A program made the position numbers and the translations under genes. Below are positions 13,031 through 26,292 of a stretch of 64,000 nt of DNA, one piece after another; position 1 is the stretch's first letter, and every line of letters begins with the position of its first letter. Under the pieces are notes generated by a model, which ran no database searches, had not been told where the DNA came from, and worked only from the letters and a program-made list of their open reading frames with translations. Origin of the DNA: Callorhinchus milii (Eukaryota); contig NW_024704742.1 of the NCBI RefSeq assembly GCF_018977255.1, positions 23,686,001 to 23,750,000 of the forward strand, in the 5' to 3' direction.

Positions 13031-14931
13031 CTTTAAATTGGCGAGGCGGGGGACGGAAAACCAATATCAATACTTCTAACATGACCAAAAAATGTACTTA
13101 GTAGGCATACTGTACAGTATTTCACAGCGTGCTGAGACACTATCCTGCCTGAAGGACATTATATAAATGCAAGTAGTTATTTTATTTCTCCTAGTGTCCT
13201 GGCCAACAATCCACCAAACAAAATTAGCCATTCACTTAATGGCTGTTTGCAGGATATTGCCATACCCGCAAACATGTTAGTCTACAAAATATACAATCAT
13301 TACACTTTACATTACAAGTGCCTCAATTCACATTCTGACATCCCCAAGCCTTGGCTCTTGCCAACCTGAACCTAATATTCTGTGGAATTAGGTGAGCAGG
13401 GTGTGTCCCTCTAGAGAAAGAGTGCATATTCTATTTCAGGCACAGGAATTTCCATTTGTAGGTGACATGCATAGAACTCTGTGTGGCTTGAATAGTCTTA
13501 AGCATGTTGATGGGTTTCTGCATATGTCTGGCACATGCAGAACAAGTGCTGTATTGGTAATATTTAATTGAAAATACTGTGGCCGTACTGTAGCTGCTGA
13601 GATATCTGTATTACATTGGACAGTTTTCTGAAGACTGAAGTAAATGGAATTCTTTAGCAATCCAGCAAGACCCTCCCAATTTCTGGAATGCAGTCTAGCA
13701 TTTGCCTCTCATCCAGTGGAGAAATTTCATTTATTTTTATTTTTAAATCAGTTTTGTTCTGAACAAACTTGGTTACTCTTTTGACCTGTATGATGTTATG
13801 CTACTAGACTGGTTAATAGTAATTTTATTGATCTCCAATATTAGAATGATTTGCAGACACGCCCATACTTTAGAATATAACTCCCTCTACACTGTCCGTC
13901 CACACTCCCAGGTCCATGACAGCACGGGTTAGAGACAGAGTAAAGTTTCCCTTGACACTGTCCATCCGGTATTCACTCCAAAGTCAGCTGCTATTTCTAA
14001 CCTGCACTGTACCTGAACCCAACAATCATTTACTCCTCGTACACAGGTTCAGAAATTGAGACAACCTCCATATAATCTCATTTGTTTAATGGGTCCATCT
14101 GAATCAAACGGGGGTGTAAGTATATATATATACATATATTGCAATGAACTCCTTGTGCTTTTCATGCACGTATTTCTATAGTGTGTTATGCGTCACTGAC
14201 CTTTTACCCACACACGTAGAATACAGACCCCATTCACCAAACACATCTTACACCCCCGCAAATCTACTCGGCTTCAGTCAATAGCAGCTAAGGGGCTGTG
14301 ACGTGACCTAGTGATGTGCAGATAGATCATTGACCCACACCACCATTCAGGTAATTAGAAATATCAAGACATTGAAATAAATACCAAATTAATAAGTTGT
14401 GCATTTCACACAATGCATAGAACATCTAAAATGTCTCAAAACACTTCACAGGTCATTGGTGTCAAGTGTAGTTAGGGACTGTTATTTATAGGGGCTAGCC
14501 AATTTGTACTCAGCAATGTCCTGCAAACAGCCATGAAGTGAATGACCCAATTTATGTTAGGATTTTCAGCCAGGATACCAGAAGAGACAGGAACTCTCTT
14601 CTGTTTTCCAATTGCGTCAGGGGATATCTTTAACGCTAATACATTTTAATACTTTCCGGAATTAGGAAAGCAGGAAGCGTCCCTCTAGCTCATTCCAATC
14701 CAACAACCTATCTCTGAAATTTCCATACATGGGTGGGATGCATGGAATTCTAAGTTTAGTTTGGATACTCTTGAGAGTGGTGATGGGTTTCCGCATGTGT
14801 CAGACACCCGGGCACCTCGGAACAACATTTCACCTGAAGCCTCTGACATTGCTGATTATGACATCTGTTCATATTCTCCAGTGAATATCGCCCCAGTTTT
14901 AGGATCATAACGAAATTACCCGGTAAATCCA

Positions 14932-15256
14932 GTGGAGTCCTGTAGCTCAGTGGTTAGAGCACTCGCCTTGCAAGCAAAACACCTGGGTTCAATTCCAGGC
15001 AGGTCAGGGCGAAACCTTGGGCAAGTTTCCTTACTCCACACAGAGCCTAATAATAATCCCTCCAAAAAACAAAACAATAATAGATTGGTATTTTCAATCC
15101 ACAATTGTCTGTGGGACACTGCTGTGTGCAATTGGCTGCCACGTTTCGCCCACAAGTATACGGTCAATTCACTTTACAGTATACTCTGTGAAGCACTTTG
15201 AGACATCTAGAAGATGTGAAAAGTGCTATATCAAATACAAGAATTATTATATTATT
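14932..15256 (+). mobile_element. Full-length tRNA/Deu SINE
   Basis: Same head, core and tail as 3304-3597. Confidence 0.9.
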
Positions 15257-18200
15257 TTTAGTTTTCTAAGGCTTTAGAGGAGAAACACAGCTGACAAAAC
15301 TTTGCCTATTAACAATTCTAATGATCCCATCTGGAGTGACCTGTGAGATGACACTTATTTTGATCTTTAGCTTTATTTGTTTAGCTACTTATGTCTGCCC
15401 AGTGAGGGCCTTAATGGCATTACTGTATTTTTAGGCTATCTAATTTAGCCCTAAACAGAAGTGGGACAAGTAGTTTAGTAAAATAGAACAGTCCTGTTGT
15501 AAATTGCAAAAGGTGATCAAGAGATCAACAAATATCTAAGGAGAGTTAAAGAAATGGAAAACTGAGTTAAAAAAGTAGATTACATGGCCTTTTCTAGATA
15601 ACAGGTTTTACCAGCCTGCACCTAATACTCTATAGAATGAAGTAAGTAGGGTGTGTCCCTAATAAAACAAGCAGCAAAGAGGGAGGGAGATTCAAACAAG
15701 CTATATCCGTCATGTTGATCCAGTGCTCAAACATCGGAATCTCAAATTGCACACAGTCATTGCAGACAGGTTTATCATTCTAAATACAATTCCACTCTCC
15801 ACCTTTCAGTTAAAACACTTTTGCCAATAATGAAATGAAAATGTATAGATTATTATAATAATCCTTGTATTTGATTTAGCCCATTTCACATCAGGAGGAC
15901 ATTTCAAAGTAGTTCACAGGATTCAATGAACAGTATAGTATCTATGTATTTTTGTGGACAATTTGCGCACAACAATGTCCCGCAAACAGCCATGAAGTGA
16001 ATGATCAATTTCATTTGGGGAATTATAGGCCTGAACACAAGCAGAAATTCTCTTTTCGAATAGTGCCATAGGATCTTTAAGGTCCATCTGAACAGGCAGA
16101 CAGGATCTTGATTTTGATTCGTAGAAGGTACGGCTCAGAAGCAGGCCATTTGGCCCATCTAGTCTGGCTGGTGTTTAAACTCCAAATGAGTGGTTTAACA
16201 TCTGAAGGAAGGCACCGTCAACAATGCAGCTCACTATATAGTACTGCATCAGAACATCAGCCTGCACTGTGAGTTCAAAGTCATGACGTAGCACTTGAAT
16301 CCACAAACTTGTGACTCAGAGGCGAGAGTGCTACCAACTGTTACCTAATGATTTTTTACCTACGATTTAGATATTAGTTTCATTTTTTTCTGTTTAACAT
16401 TAAAGCATTCTAACTCAGGAGGGGGTGGGGTGTGTGTGGCAGTTTAGCTGATTGTGCAACCATAAGATCACACCAGTTATTTTCCAAGAATCCCTTTTTA
16501 TACTTCCTAGTCTTCTTTGGTTCCCGTTCAGTTGTTTATTTCCTCTTAAAGGGGTATCCGACAGTTTTGATGTCTTTAGATGATGCAAAAGGGGAATTTT
16601 GTCATGGTCCAAGGTTTTGTTAAAAGATGCATCAGTCTTTTCTTGTCCTATACATGCCTGTGATTCTATGTAGTGCCTGTTATGTAGGTAAATATAGGGA
16701 CTAATTTGTGACAGCAGTGTGCTATAAACATCAACAAGACGAATGACTGAATAATTTGGGATGAGTTTGTTTGACGGAAGAATATTAATCAGGATGAATT
16801 CCTTGCTCTTCTTAGAATTGATGCCATAGGGCCTTTAATAACTAATTGATCCAGCGTATGGAACTTAGTTCAACGTTTAATCCAAAGGACATCCTCTCAA
16901 ACAAAACAGTACAGGCTGTGAATTGCATTGGAATGTCAGCCGAGATAGTAAACTCAAGTTCAGATGTGCAACCTAAACCAGAACTTTTCTGACTTTGAGA
17001 TACAAATGCAACCAATTGAGCTAAACTGACACATAAGCATTTTCAATCTACAAACGACCAATTGACAAATAAACACATTTGTTTTTTTTTATATATCGGG
17101 TGAATTTATTTTTCTGTGTGAAGGTCATGAAACTAAGAGATAATATTGTGTTAATGTATTAGGTCGTTTATACTTTTTTGCAACCAGTGATTGTGTTCAA
17201 TAAGAAGAAATCTCCCTCTGTATTCTTTAGTAAACTGTAAACTGTACTTCATGACATACCTCTAGAGAACACCTGCTACTGCAGGTGCATCAGTGTTACA
17301 TTTCTACATAGAGGGCAAATATTATCCTGTACGTTTGGAATTGATTCAAATGCAAGTCTCAGAGGTGTGTGCTCACAAAGCAACCCATTCAAAGTAACTC
17401 ACATCAGTCATATTTTTGTATTATTATTTATGGCAAATCATTTTTTTTAAAATTGACTACCACGTATTTCCATTGGTCCAGTGGCTGAGTTCCTGCTCAA
17501 TAAGATATTCTTTCTTTGACCTTAGCAAGCTTACAAACCCAATTACTTTTATTTTCTGATGTCTTAAGTTTGCTTTCTACATTACTGTCACTTTACAGCA
17601 ATGACTGTTCACTGTCTTCTATTTCTTTGACCCATGCTTGGATTTGTATCTGTCTTGCCTTTCTTCAGAGGTGCCTATGATTGTTATTTGCCAGACTGAC
17701 TCTTATAGCATTGGGAATTAAAAATTGTTCATCAGAAAAAAAACATCAACATAAATGTCACCTCAATGTTAAAAAAAAACCCAGATCACAAAGAGTCCTC
17801 TGTAGGGAGATGTCACACCATGTGCATCACTCCAACCCGTGGGAGCTCATTCTGGCTTAAGGTTGACTGAGATGAGCTGAAGCCTCATAGATCAGCATGA
17901 TATACATATAGCTCCCTGCATATGCTGTGAAATGCCTTGAGACATCCTCTTGACGTAATAATATAATACATAATATATCAAATGTAAGGATGATTATTAT
18001 TATATCCCAAGGCACTATTTCGGTATTGAGGTGCCATTTTATCAAATGGAAATACAAGGATTATTGTTGTTTATGCTGTCATTATTGTCCTGTTATGCCC
18101 TATTTGAACCTTACATCCACGATCGCTATATGTATGCTTGTATTTGTGTCTGTGATTGTTCCCTGACTAATTTTTTCCAGTGTCTGTAATTCTTTCCTAT

Positions 18201-18528
18201 TTATTTCTCTCTTTTCATTGGAGTCTAAATCTTCCTTGTTTTCTTCTGTTGAGCAGTTACAAGAAGGACTCGCCTTTAAACTACAGTTTTCTATTATCAA
18301 GAGTCATTCTTAACCAATTATTGGTTAATCAAACAATGATTGTTTCTCATTATTATTGGCTACATTTGCTGCTGATCTCTATGCCTGTCTTTTTTAGTCT
18401 CCCGTGTTCTTCCACACCTGCTTATGTCTGTGTTTGATTCGTCCTGCCAGCCCTGTTTGATTTATCCTGTCCGATTTTCAAAATAGGGCTGGCAGGACGA
18501 AAGAACCAGAATGGGGAATTGTTTTCTC

Positions 18529-19715
18529 CCGTGGCGTAACAAGGCCCCAGGGGGCCATGGTGCAAGAATATGTTTCCGAAATCTAAAATTCTGTGCGCTG
18601 GAATGCGGGAGATCCTGTCATTGATTCACGTCCTCACCAGGATGCTGTGTCCCCAACACTGCTGAGCTGGGAATGCTGAGCTCAGTTACATTGCCCTCGC
18701 TCTCTGGACAAGCCAAGTGGTCAGCCCCAGAGCAGGATCACACAATGCTGTTCCTCCTGACCATGGCTGACAAGAGCCCCCGGATGCGGCACAGCAAGAG
18801 CTCCTCACTATACTGAAGCACCATTCCACTGGCTTCCCTCCCACCAACTTCTCTCCCGTCATTAGCATGCAATGATGTGATTGTTCCCGTCCACCTGCTA
18901 TAGTTCCTTTGCACTGACTAAACCCAATTTCTGCCCACGCTGAAAGTTGATGACCTCCCCCCTCTCCCCCCCCCCCCCCCCCCCCCCCCCCCGACATGAA
19001 GGAGGACTGGAGGGGCTGCCATCTTTGTGGCAAGCCCTGCAATGGCTATCAACAACAACAACAACAACAAAATTACATTTATAGAGCGCCTTTTATGTCG
19101 GGAGGATGTCCCAAAGCACTTAACAGTCAAGTGTCGAGGCCCGAGCATGGGGGAGAGGTGGTGTAGGGGTGAGGGAAGGCAGAGAGGTGGGAGTATGGCT
19201 GAAGGCACGATCGAAGAGAAGGGTCTTGAGACCGGCCTTGAAGGAGGCAAAGGAGGAAGCAAGGCGAAGGCACTGTGGGATGGAATTCCAAAGTGTGGGG
19301 GCAGAGAGGGTGAAAGCCCGGCATTGATGGTAGGGCGGGTCGGGCGGGAGACATGGAGCAGGCTGGAGCCCGCTGAACGGAGGGAGAGGGCAGGTTGGTA
19401 GGGAGTCAGCAGATCAGAGAGGTAGGAGGGGGCAAGGCCATGTATGGCCTTGAAAGTGAGGACAAGGATCTTGAATTCGATCCTCTGGGGGATGGTGAGC
19501 CAGTGGAGTCGGGCGAGGGTGGGAGTGATGGGGTCGCGGAACCTGGTGCGCGAGAGTGCACGAGCTGCAGAGTTTGGGATGATCTGCAGCTTGTGAAGGG
19601 ATCAATCAAGAGGTCAGGGAGGTGGGGGTGTTTCTGCCACCAACAGGTTGGGCCCCCATAATCTCATGGGCTCTGGCGCAACTGCAGCACTTGCACCAAT
19701 ATAGTTACGCTACTG
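18529..19715. mobile_element. Non-autonomous hAT element containing a nested L2 fragment (~19050-19598, -)
   Basis: TIRs CCGTGGCGTAAC / GTTACGCTACTG; 8-bp TSD GTTTTCTC / TTTTTCTC (7 of 8 match). Confidence 0.75.
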
Positions 19716-22700
19716 TTTTTCTCCACTACAAAAGGACAAGTTTGTTTTGTTGTGCATGTGAGTGATCAGGCAAATTCATTTAGATGTCTACCTGAGAAAA
19801 GTGTTTTAGGCTAAATGCTTCAGTAAATCTTGGAAAAGTGCATTACTTTCAAGCAGAGGACATTAATCATTTATATCTTGTGTTTCAAATGGTGTTGAAT
19901 TTCAACTGCTTTTGAGTTAAGTGTGCTAATTAGCTATGAAACAAACAGCTTGATGGCATCAGAAGACGGATTTCAAAAATCTGGATTGGTGTCATGACAA
20001 CCTTTGATCTCATAAGCAAGTGAGTGAGGTGCCCAGATCTGGGAATCCAAGTAAGATTCAAGCAGACTCTGAAATGTATTATTAACTTTGATATTGTGGC
20101 CAAAAAGAATTCTTATGGTACTCTACTATTGGAAACTTTTTCCACTCGTCAGAACTTTCACCTCTATATTGCTAATCCAATATTCTATGCAAAAGATAAT
20201 TTAGCATAAATTCAATAAGGTTTTACTTTTTTAAGGTTGGAGAAGTTCATTTTTAAGCAGCAAAGTTGACAGCCCTTGTGACGAAAAGGAGAAAGTTTTC
20301 TGTAAGAACCAGTGGCATGTAGCGCCTTTCATGCATGAAATTTTCATGTGTCATATTGCTTTATTGAGATGGAGTGGAATCCTCAGCTGGATGGACGATA
20401 AGGGAGACAGGATGGTTCAAGCCATAGAAGTGTTTCAGAAGTGGAGAGGAAGTGAGCAATGTGAAGGGAAATTTTGAAAGAGTTCCAGAGAAACAAAAGG
20501 GTTCAAGGTTTAAGTTCATAGCCTGACTCTCTAATGCAGCTATTCACCAGGAGAATGGTATGTTATTAGAGGTAGCATCCTTTGGATGAAAGATCCCGTA
20601 CCACTATTCAACTAGTGGAGGAAGTTTCTCTCAGTGACCCGACCAACAATCCTCAGAACCAATTGATCATTTACCTAGAACAAAACTCATGTTTGTTTAT
20701 GGGATTTGTCTGTTGGACAATCAATGATAGACCAAAACTATACATACAATACTCATTTTGTATTCAGTGATCTTTTGTCCGGAATTGTGAAAGTATTGTT
20801 GCATTTTACTGCTCTGAGAGTTTTACTTTCCTCTAGAGTTATTTTTCCAAAGACTTCAGTTTAACAGGGACTCCAGGGATTTGCTGTTCGTGTCTGGAGC
20901 AGAAGCTTTTCTTTCATCACTTTCTCCAGCTCAAACTGCTGCTCCAACTCTGAGTTGGATCTTGCATGATTCAGAGTGAGGACAAACTCTGTTGTATGTT
21001 ACTAGTTGTCTGCAGAGACCATCGTGCTTCCAGAAACAAACTAGTACTGTAAAAGCAGCATTAAATACTGGTCCATTTCCTCTAACTGAGTTAGTTCAAT
21101 TTCCCTAAACTGACAATCAGTCATTTGAAAACAACTTTTGCTGATCCAACTGATTTTTATGGCCTCAGCTTAATAAATCTGGTAATGCTGCTCTACTTTT
21201 TAACCCTTAAGACCACACAAAAGTTGTACGTATTGTATTCACAAAAGCTTCACAAGGGGAAACAGATCTGTCTTAGATTGTGTCCAATGTGAACACTTGT
21301 AACTTTTACAATTGTTAAAGTTATGGATCTTGTGTGACTTATTTTTCGCTGGAGTGGAAATGCCATAGTCAAACAATGTGGTGAAAATTATACAACAAGC
21401 TGGTGCCTTGCTAAACAGCACAAGGTACAAATGTTTTCCTTCTTAAAAAGAAATCGAATAGGTACCTAATAAATCTAATACCTCTAAAGTACGAAATGCA
21501 AACCCAAACTGAATACTGGCTGATAGTGAATTCATAATTAAGACTATGGGTTATTCAAAAATGAAACTTTTAATTTCTTCAGATTTTATTAAGATTTTGT
21601 TTCTACTTAATGAGCTGTGATATTTATGAAAGCCGTTCATTGGGCAGAAATACTCTTGGTGTCTCAGTCTTGGTGATGGTGATTACCTTGCACTCAGCAA
21701 TGTCAAATGCTGCAGTTCGCTAATGAGCTTGTGACTGGATATTCCTTTGAGTCATTTTCAGGCCTCTGGGAGCATGATCAGTTGTTTATAAGAACTGGAC
21801 TGGGAAATCTATTACCATATCTGACAGACTGTTGTTCATTTTTACAGCATACAGTGAAATCACTTACTCTTCTAGATTGTGCGATTATTCATTTTACTTG
21901 GGCAAATCTACACCACATATAAAGAATGTGATGCGGATCATAACTACAGTATACACATGTCTGTAATAAAATTGTAAGAAAAGTGATTAAGGAGTTATAT
22001 TATAATCTCGTAAAACTATGGTGAGGTGAAAGGTGAAATCTAGTGTACGTGTTAATAAATCATTCTGTTCCTCCCATATGATGCAAGTTATTGAGTCTTG
22101 CACTACATTTGGTAGGTGGATCACAAATTAACAGTGCCATCTATTGGTTGATACATTTCAGCATACCGGTTAGAGTATGGAAGAGTGGATTTTCTACTAT
22201 TCAGTTGTCCCAATAGTGTAACCATACTTAAAAATAGTCTTTTTTACATACACTTCAAAAAAGATAATGCTTTGAAGAAAATATGATTGAAAACCTGTTT
22301 TTAATATGTTTTCATGTACCATGTATTCTTTCTTTATAGTTATGGAAGTGTAACTATCTGTGGTTTGGAAAAACAAAAAAAAAATCATCAAAAAGAAAAT
22401 AGACCAATTTCAATAATACCAAAAAAACTCTTCAAATTACGTTCTTTTCATTGATTTTGCCTTATGTTCCTTTGCACAATGTTTCAGCCTAAAGTAATTA
22501 TTTACCAAAAATATATTCCAATGAGAAGGCATTGAGGGTATTTCAATTTGGAGTAATATCTCCTAGCTAATTATACTTCTATTTTCTGCTACCATTTGGG
22601 TACAAGTATGTAGGAAAACATTTTAGGGTAAATCCTGTAAAGCACATTCAGATGTTTTGATAATGTGATAAGCCGCTATATCAAATGCAAGGATTATTAT

Positions 22701-23184
22701 TACTATTATGGTAGTCATCCAAACAAATGTAACACAACCCACTTAATCTGTTGCTAACAAGCCTTATATTGGTATATGGGTCAATAATTTTGTTCATGAT
22801 AAAGTGGTGTAAATGGACGGTAAAATATCCTCAGCCCTAACCTCAGAGAATGATGAAGGCAGCTGCAGTTTCTCTTTTCTGATCACTATCCAGTGGCCCA
22901 TTTTGAATAGTGTACTTGTGTAGAAATTGAGGTCGCTGTTATCCCATTTCCACATCTCTAGGAACATGTTAGCTGCACATCCAAAAACTCCATTCTGACG
23001 TCCCTCCAAACATATTCCTTCTTTCCACCTACTCATGTCTACTTTAGGCTTACCTACCAGCTGCTTGATTTCCTCCATAGACCATTTCCTGTCCGTTTCA
23101 TTTCAAAACAAGTCTATATCTGCTGCAATCTTTTCCTCCATCACTACCCTTTCAGAAATGTCCCTGAAAAGTGTTATTGCATCT

Positions 23185-24633
23185 CAACAACCACAACAAC
23201 AAGATTACATTTGTATAGCGCCTTTCACGTCGGGAGGACGTCCCAAGGCCTTGGACAGTGTACAGCATTTCAGACCTGGGGTCAGGGAGGGAGAAGGGAG
23301 GAGAGGGGAAGGGGGGTGACCGATGGGATGGTCGAAGAGGAGGGTTTTGAGGCGGGCTTGAAGGAGGCTAAGGAGGGGGTGAGGAGGAGTAATTTGGGGA
23401 TGGAATTCCAGAGGTTGAGGACAGAGTGGCTGAAGGCTCTCCCGCCAATGGTGGGGCGGGTGGGTCGGGGGGCGTGGAGCAGGCCGGAGCCGGCTGAGCG
23501 GAGGGAGCGGGCGGGTTGGTAGGGTTTAGGAGGTCGCAGAGGTAGAGTGGGGTGAAGCCATGGAGGGCTTTGTAGGTGAGGACCAGGATCTTGAACTGGA
23601 TCCTCTGAAGGATAGGGAGCAATGGAGTCGGGCGAGAATGGAGGAGATGGCATTGTGCAGTTTGGTGCGGGAGAGGACACGGGCTGCAGAGTTCTGGATT
23701 ATCTGTGGAGGGAGGAGTTGGGATGGACGACAAGCAGGGTTTTTGCATAGTCGAGCTTGGAGGTGATGAAGGCATGAACAAGAGTTTCAATGGCCTGAGG
23801 GGTGAGGTAGTGGCAGAGTCGGGCGACGTTACGGAGGTGAGGGAAGGCAGAGTGGGTCATGGCTTGAATGTGCGGGAGAAAAGACAGTTGAGGGTCGAAC
23901 AAAATGCCTAGGTTCCTGACTGGCGGTGAGTTGAAGTGTGCAACCATGGAGGTGATGCTGCCAGTGCCTGAGGTGCAGAGGCGCTGGCGCGAACCAATCA
24001 GGAGGGCCTCAGTCTTGTTCACATTCAACTGTAGAAAATTTGCCCTCATCCAGGACTTGATGTCTGACAGGCAGTCTATCAGGACAGCAGTGGTCCTGGA
24101 GTTGAGGGTGGAGGCAGAAAGATAGAGTTGGGTGTCATCCGCATACATGTCTGCGGATGATGTCACCAAGGGGGAGCATGTAGATATTAAAGAGGAGAGG
24201 GCCAAGGACAGAGCCCTGGGGGGACGCCAGACGTGACAGTGTGGGGGCTGGAGGAGAAACCATTAAGGCAACAAAGTGGAGATGGTGAGAGAGATAGGAT
24301 TCGATCCAGGTAAGGGCAGGTCTGCGAAGATTAAGTAAAGAGGAGAGGCGGTGTTTGAGGATGGAGTGATCGACAGTGTCGAAGGTGGCAGAGAGGTCGA
24401 GGAGGACAAGGGAGCCTTGATCACAGATGTTCAGAATGTCATTAGTGACTTTGACCAGGGCTCTTTCTGTGCTGTGGGCAGCGCGGAAGCCGGATTGAAG
24501 GGGTTCAAATGGCGAGAAAGAAAGAGCGGAGCTGGGACGCGACGACTCATTCCAGGACCTTGGAGAGGAATGGGATGTTAGAGGTGGGGCAGCAGCTGGA
24601 GAGGAGGAATGGGTCCAGGGAAGTTTTTTTCAG
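23185..24633 (-). mobile_element. L2 LINE, 5'-truncated, with reverse-transcriptase remnant
   Basis: YADDTQLYLS...IKSWMRANFLQLNVNKTE...VRNLGILFD...HAFITSKLDY; (caa)n tail at the left end. Confidence 0.9.
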
Positions 24634-25783
24634 GATGTTTATGTTTATATGTTCACCAGTTTATCTTCACAGTCTGAAGCAACTATCGGAAGAAGATGTG
24701 GATTCTCCAGCGTCAAAACCTTCCAAGAAACGCTTCCAGAGGATTTCAAGCAAGCAATAAGAGCTGACATGGTGGTAACAAACATAAGCTGTTCCCTTTA
24801 AGAGAAAACTGGCTCTATATCAAAGGAAAAACATCTAACTGCTTCTCACTCCAATAGTTGGAAGAGTCATGAGAGACCTGGCACCTGCCAACAGCAAAGA
24901 GGTCACTGATATAGCTATTTGATGGGGACCAGGTGCAGAGGCCCCATGGGATGTAGAAGTGGTTAGGGATCTGCATTATCAACTGAGCCATTGGACAAGC
25001 TTGGATTTCTCTTCTGTATTTCTGATGCTATCATTTTTATCCCAAGATCCCAACTAAATAGGAAGTAAGTATTAAAATATGCCTGATATATTCTTAGATT
25101 ACTTTGTTAGCCGCAATGCCTCTCATATAGCTGTATAACTGGAACGTGCATAAGAACTAAATTCTAGTTGCAAAGCGAGTGCTCTAACCACTGAGCTACA
25201 GGACACCAATTTATTATTATTATTAACTAAATTCTATTCTGTTTTAGTTTTGTTGGCCAAACCTGTCAAATGAAGTTGGAATACTGTAGCATCATCCAAA
25301 ATACAAAAAGGAAGGAGCAGTATCTTCAATGGAGTTAACTAATCTAATCATAATTCTCATCTCAATCCCCACGCCCTTTTATATCAAATATTTACCTAAA
25401 TCTCTTTTAAAAGTTGTTATGATTTCAGCATCAATAGTTACTTATGGTATTTAATATTCCAAAAAACTTTGGCATGACAATGTTCCTTCTATTCTCCTCC
25501 AAGACTCTTTCAGTGATGATTTCCTGAGTTTTTTTTGGTCAGATAGGTATCTGACTCATACAGAAAACCATCACCACATTCAAGAATCCAAACCAAACTA
25601 TTTCATAAATTTATGATTTCCATTCTAGCAAAAATGTGAACTCTCTCTCTATCTCTCTATGTTAACCTAATTTCTGAAATTGGCATAGGTTGACAAGATC
25701 CAAATCTTGGAGGCCACAAAGTGTCGCTTGGGTACTACTGGCTTACTAGTCTTATTTTTACTTCAGAAGGTATGAGTTTCAAA

Positions 25784-26292
25784 TAGAGTTGTCAACCCTC
25801 CAGGATTATCCTGGAGTCTCCAGGAATTAAAAATTAATCTGATGGACAATACTACGAGCAACCTGGGAGAACAATCATAGGGAATTCTCAGAATGAATAT
25901 TAAATAATGAAACAGGTTTATCCTTATGTTATCATTTTCTTGTTTATTTCTTACACATCTGAAGACTCTACAATCCACCTGGTGCTTGAAATGTCAAGGC
26001 AGTGTGGCTTGCCCTCTCAATCTTCTTATTGGTCTACTGGTGATGTGATTTATGTTATCCAGCTACTGTAAAGTCAGTGCTGTCTCACTTTATGATAGTG
26101 AGCAAAAATAACCCTGGCTCATGAGCAATCACAGCGTTTTGCATTATGAAAAGGAACAAAACCATTTTTCAAAATGAATGTGTTTTGCAGTCACTCCACA
26201 GTGAATTTGTTTTAGAGTAACTCCGTCTTTAATGGCATTACATCATCTGATGAAACCTCTCAGAATACGTTTAACCAGAGTTGGCAACCTAA
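25784..26292. mobile_element. hAT MITE (TAGGGTTGCCA-type termini) inserted into an old SINE
   Basis: Termini TAGAGTTGTCAAC / GTTGGCAACCTAA; 8-bp TSD GTTTCAAA / GTTTCAAG. Confidence 0.75.
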
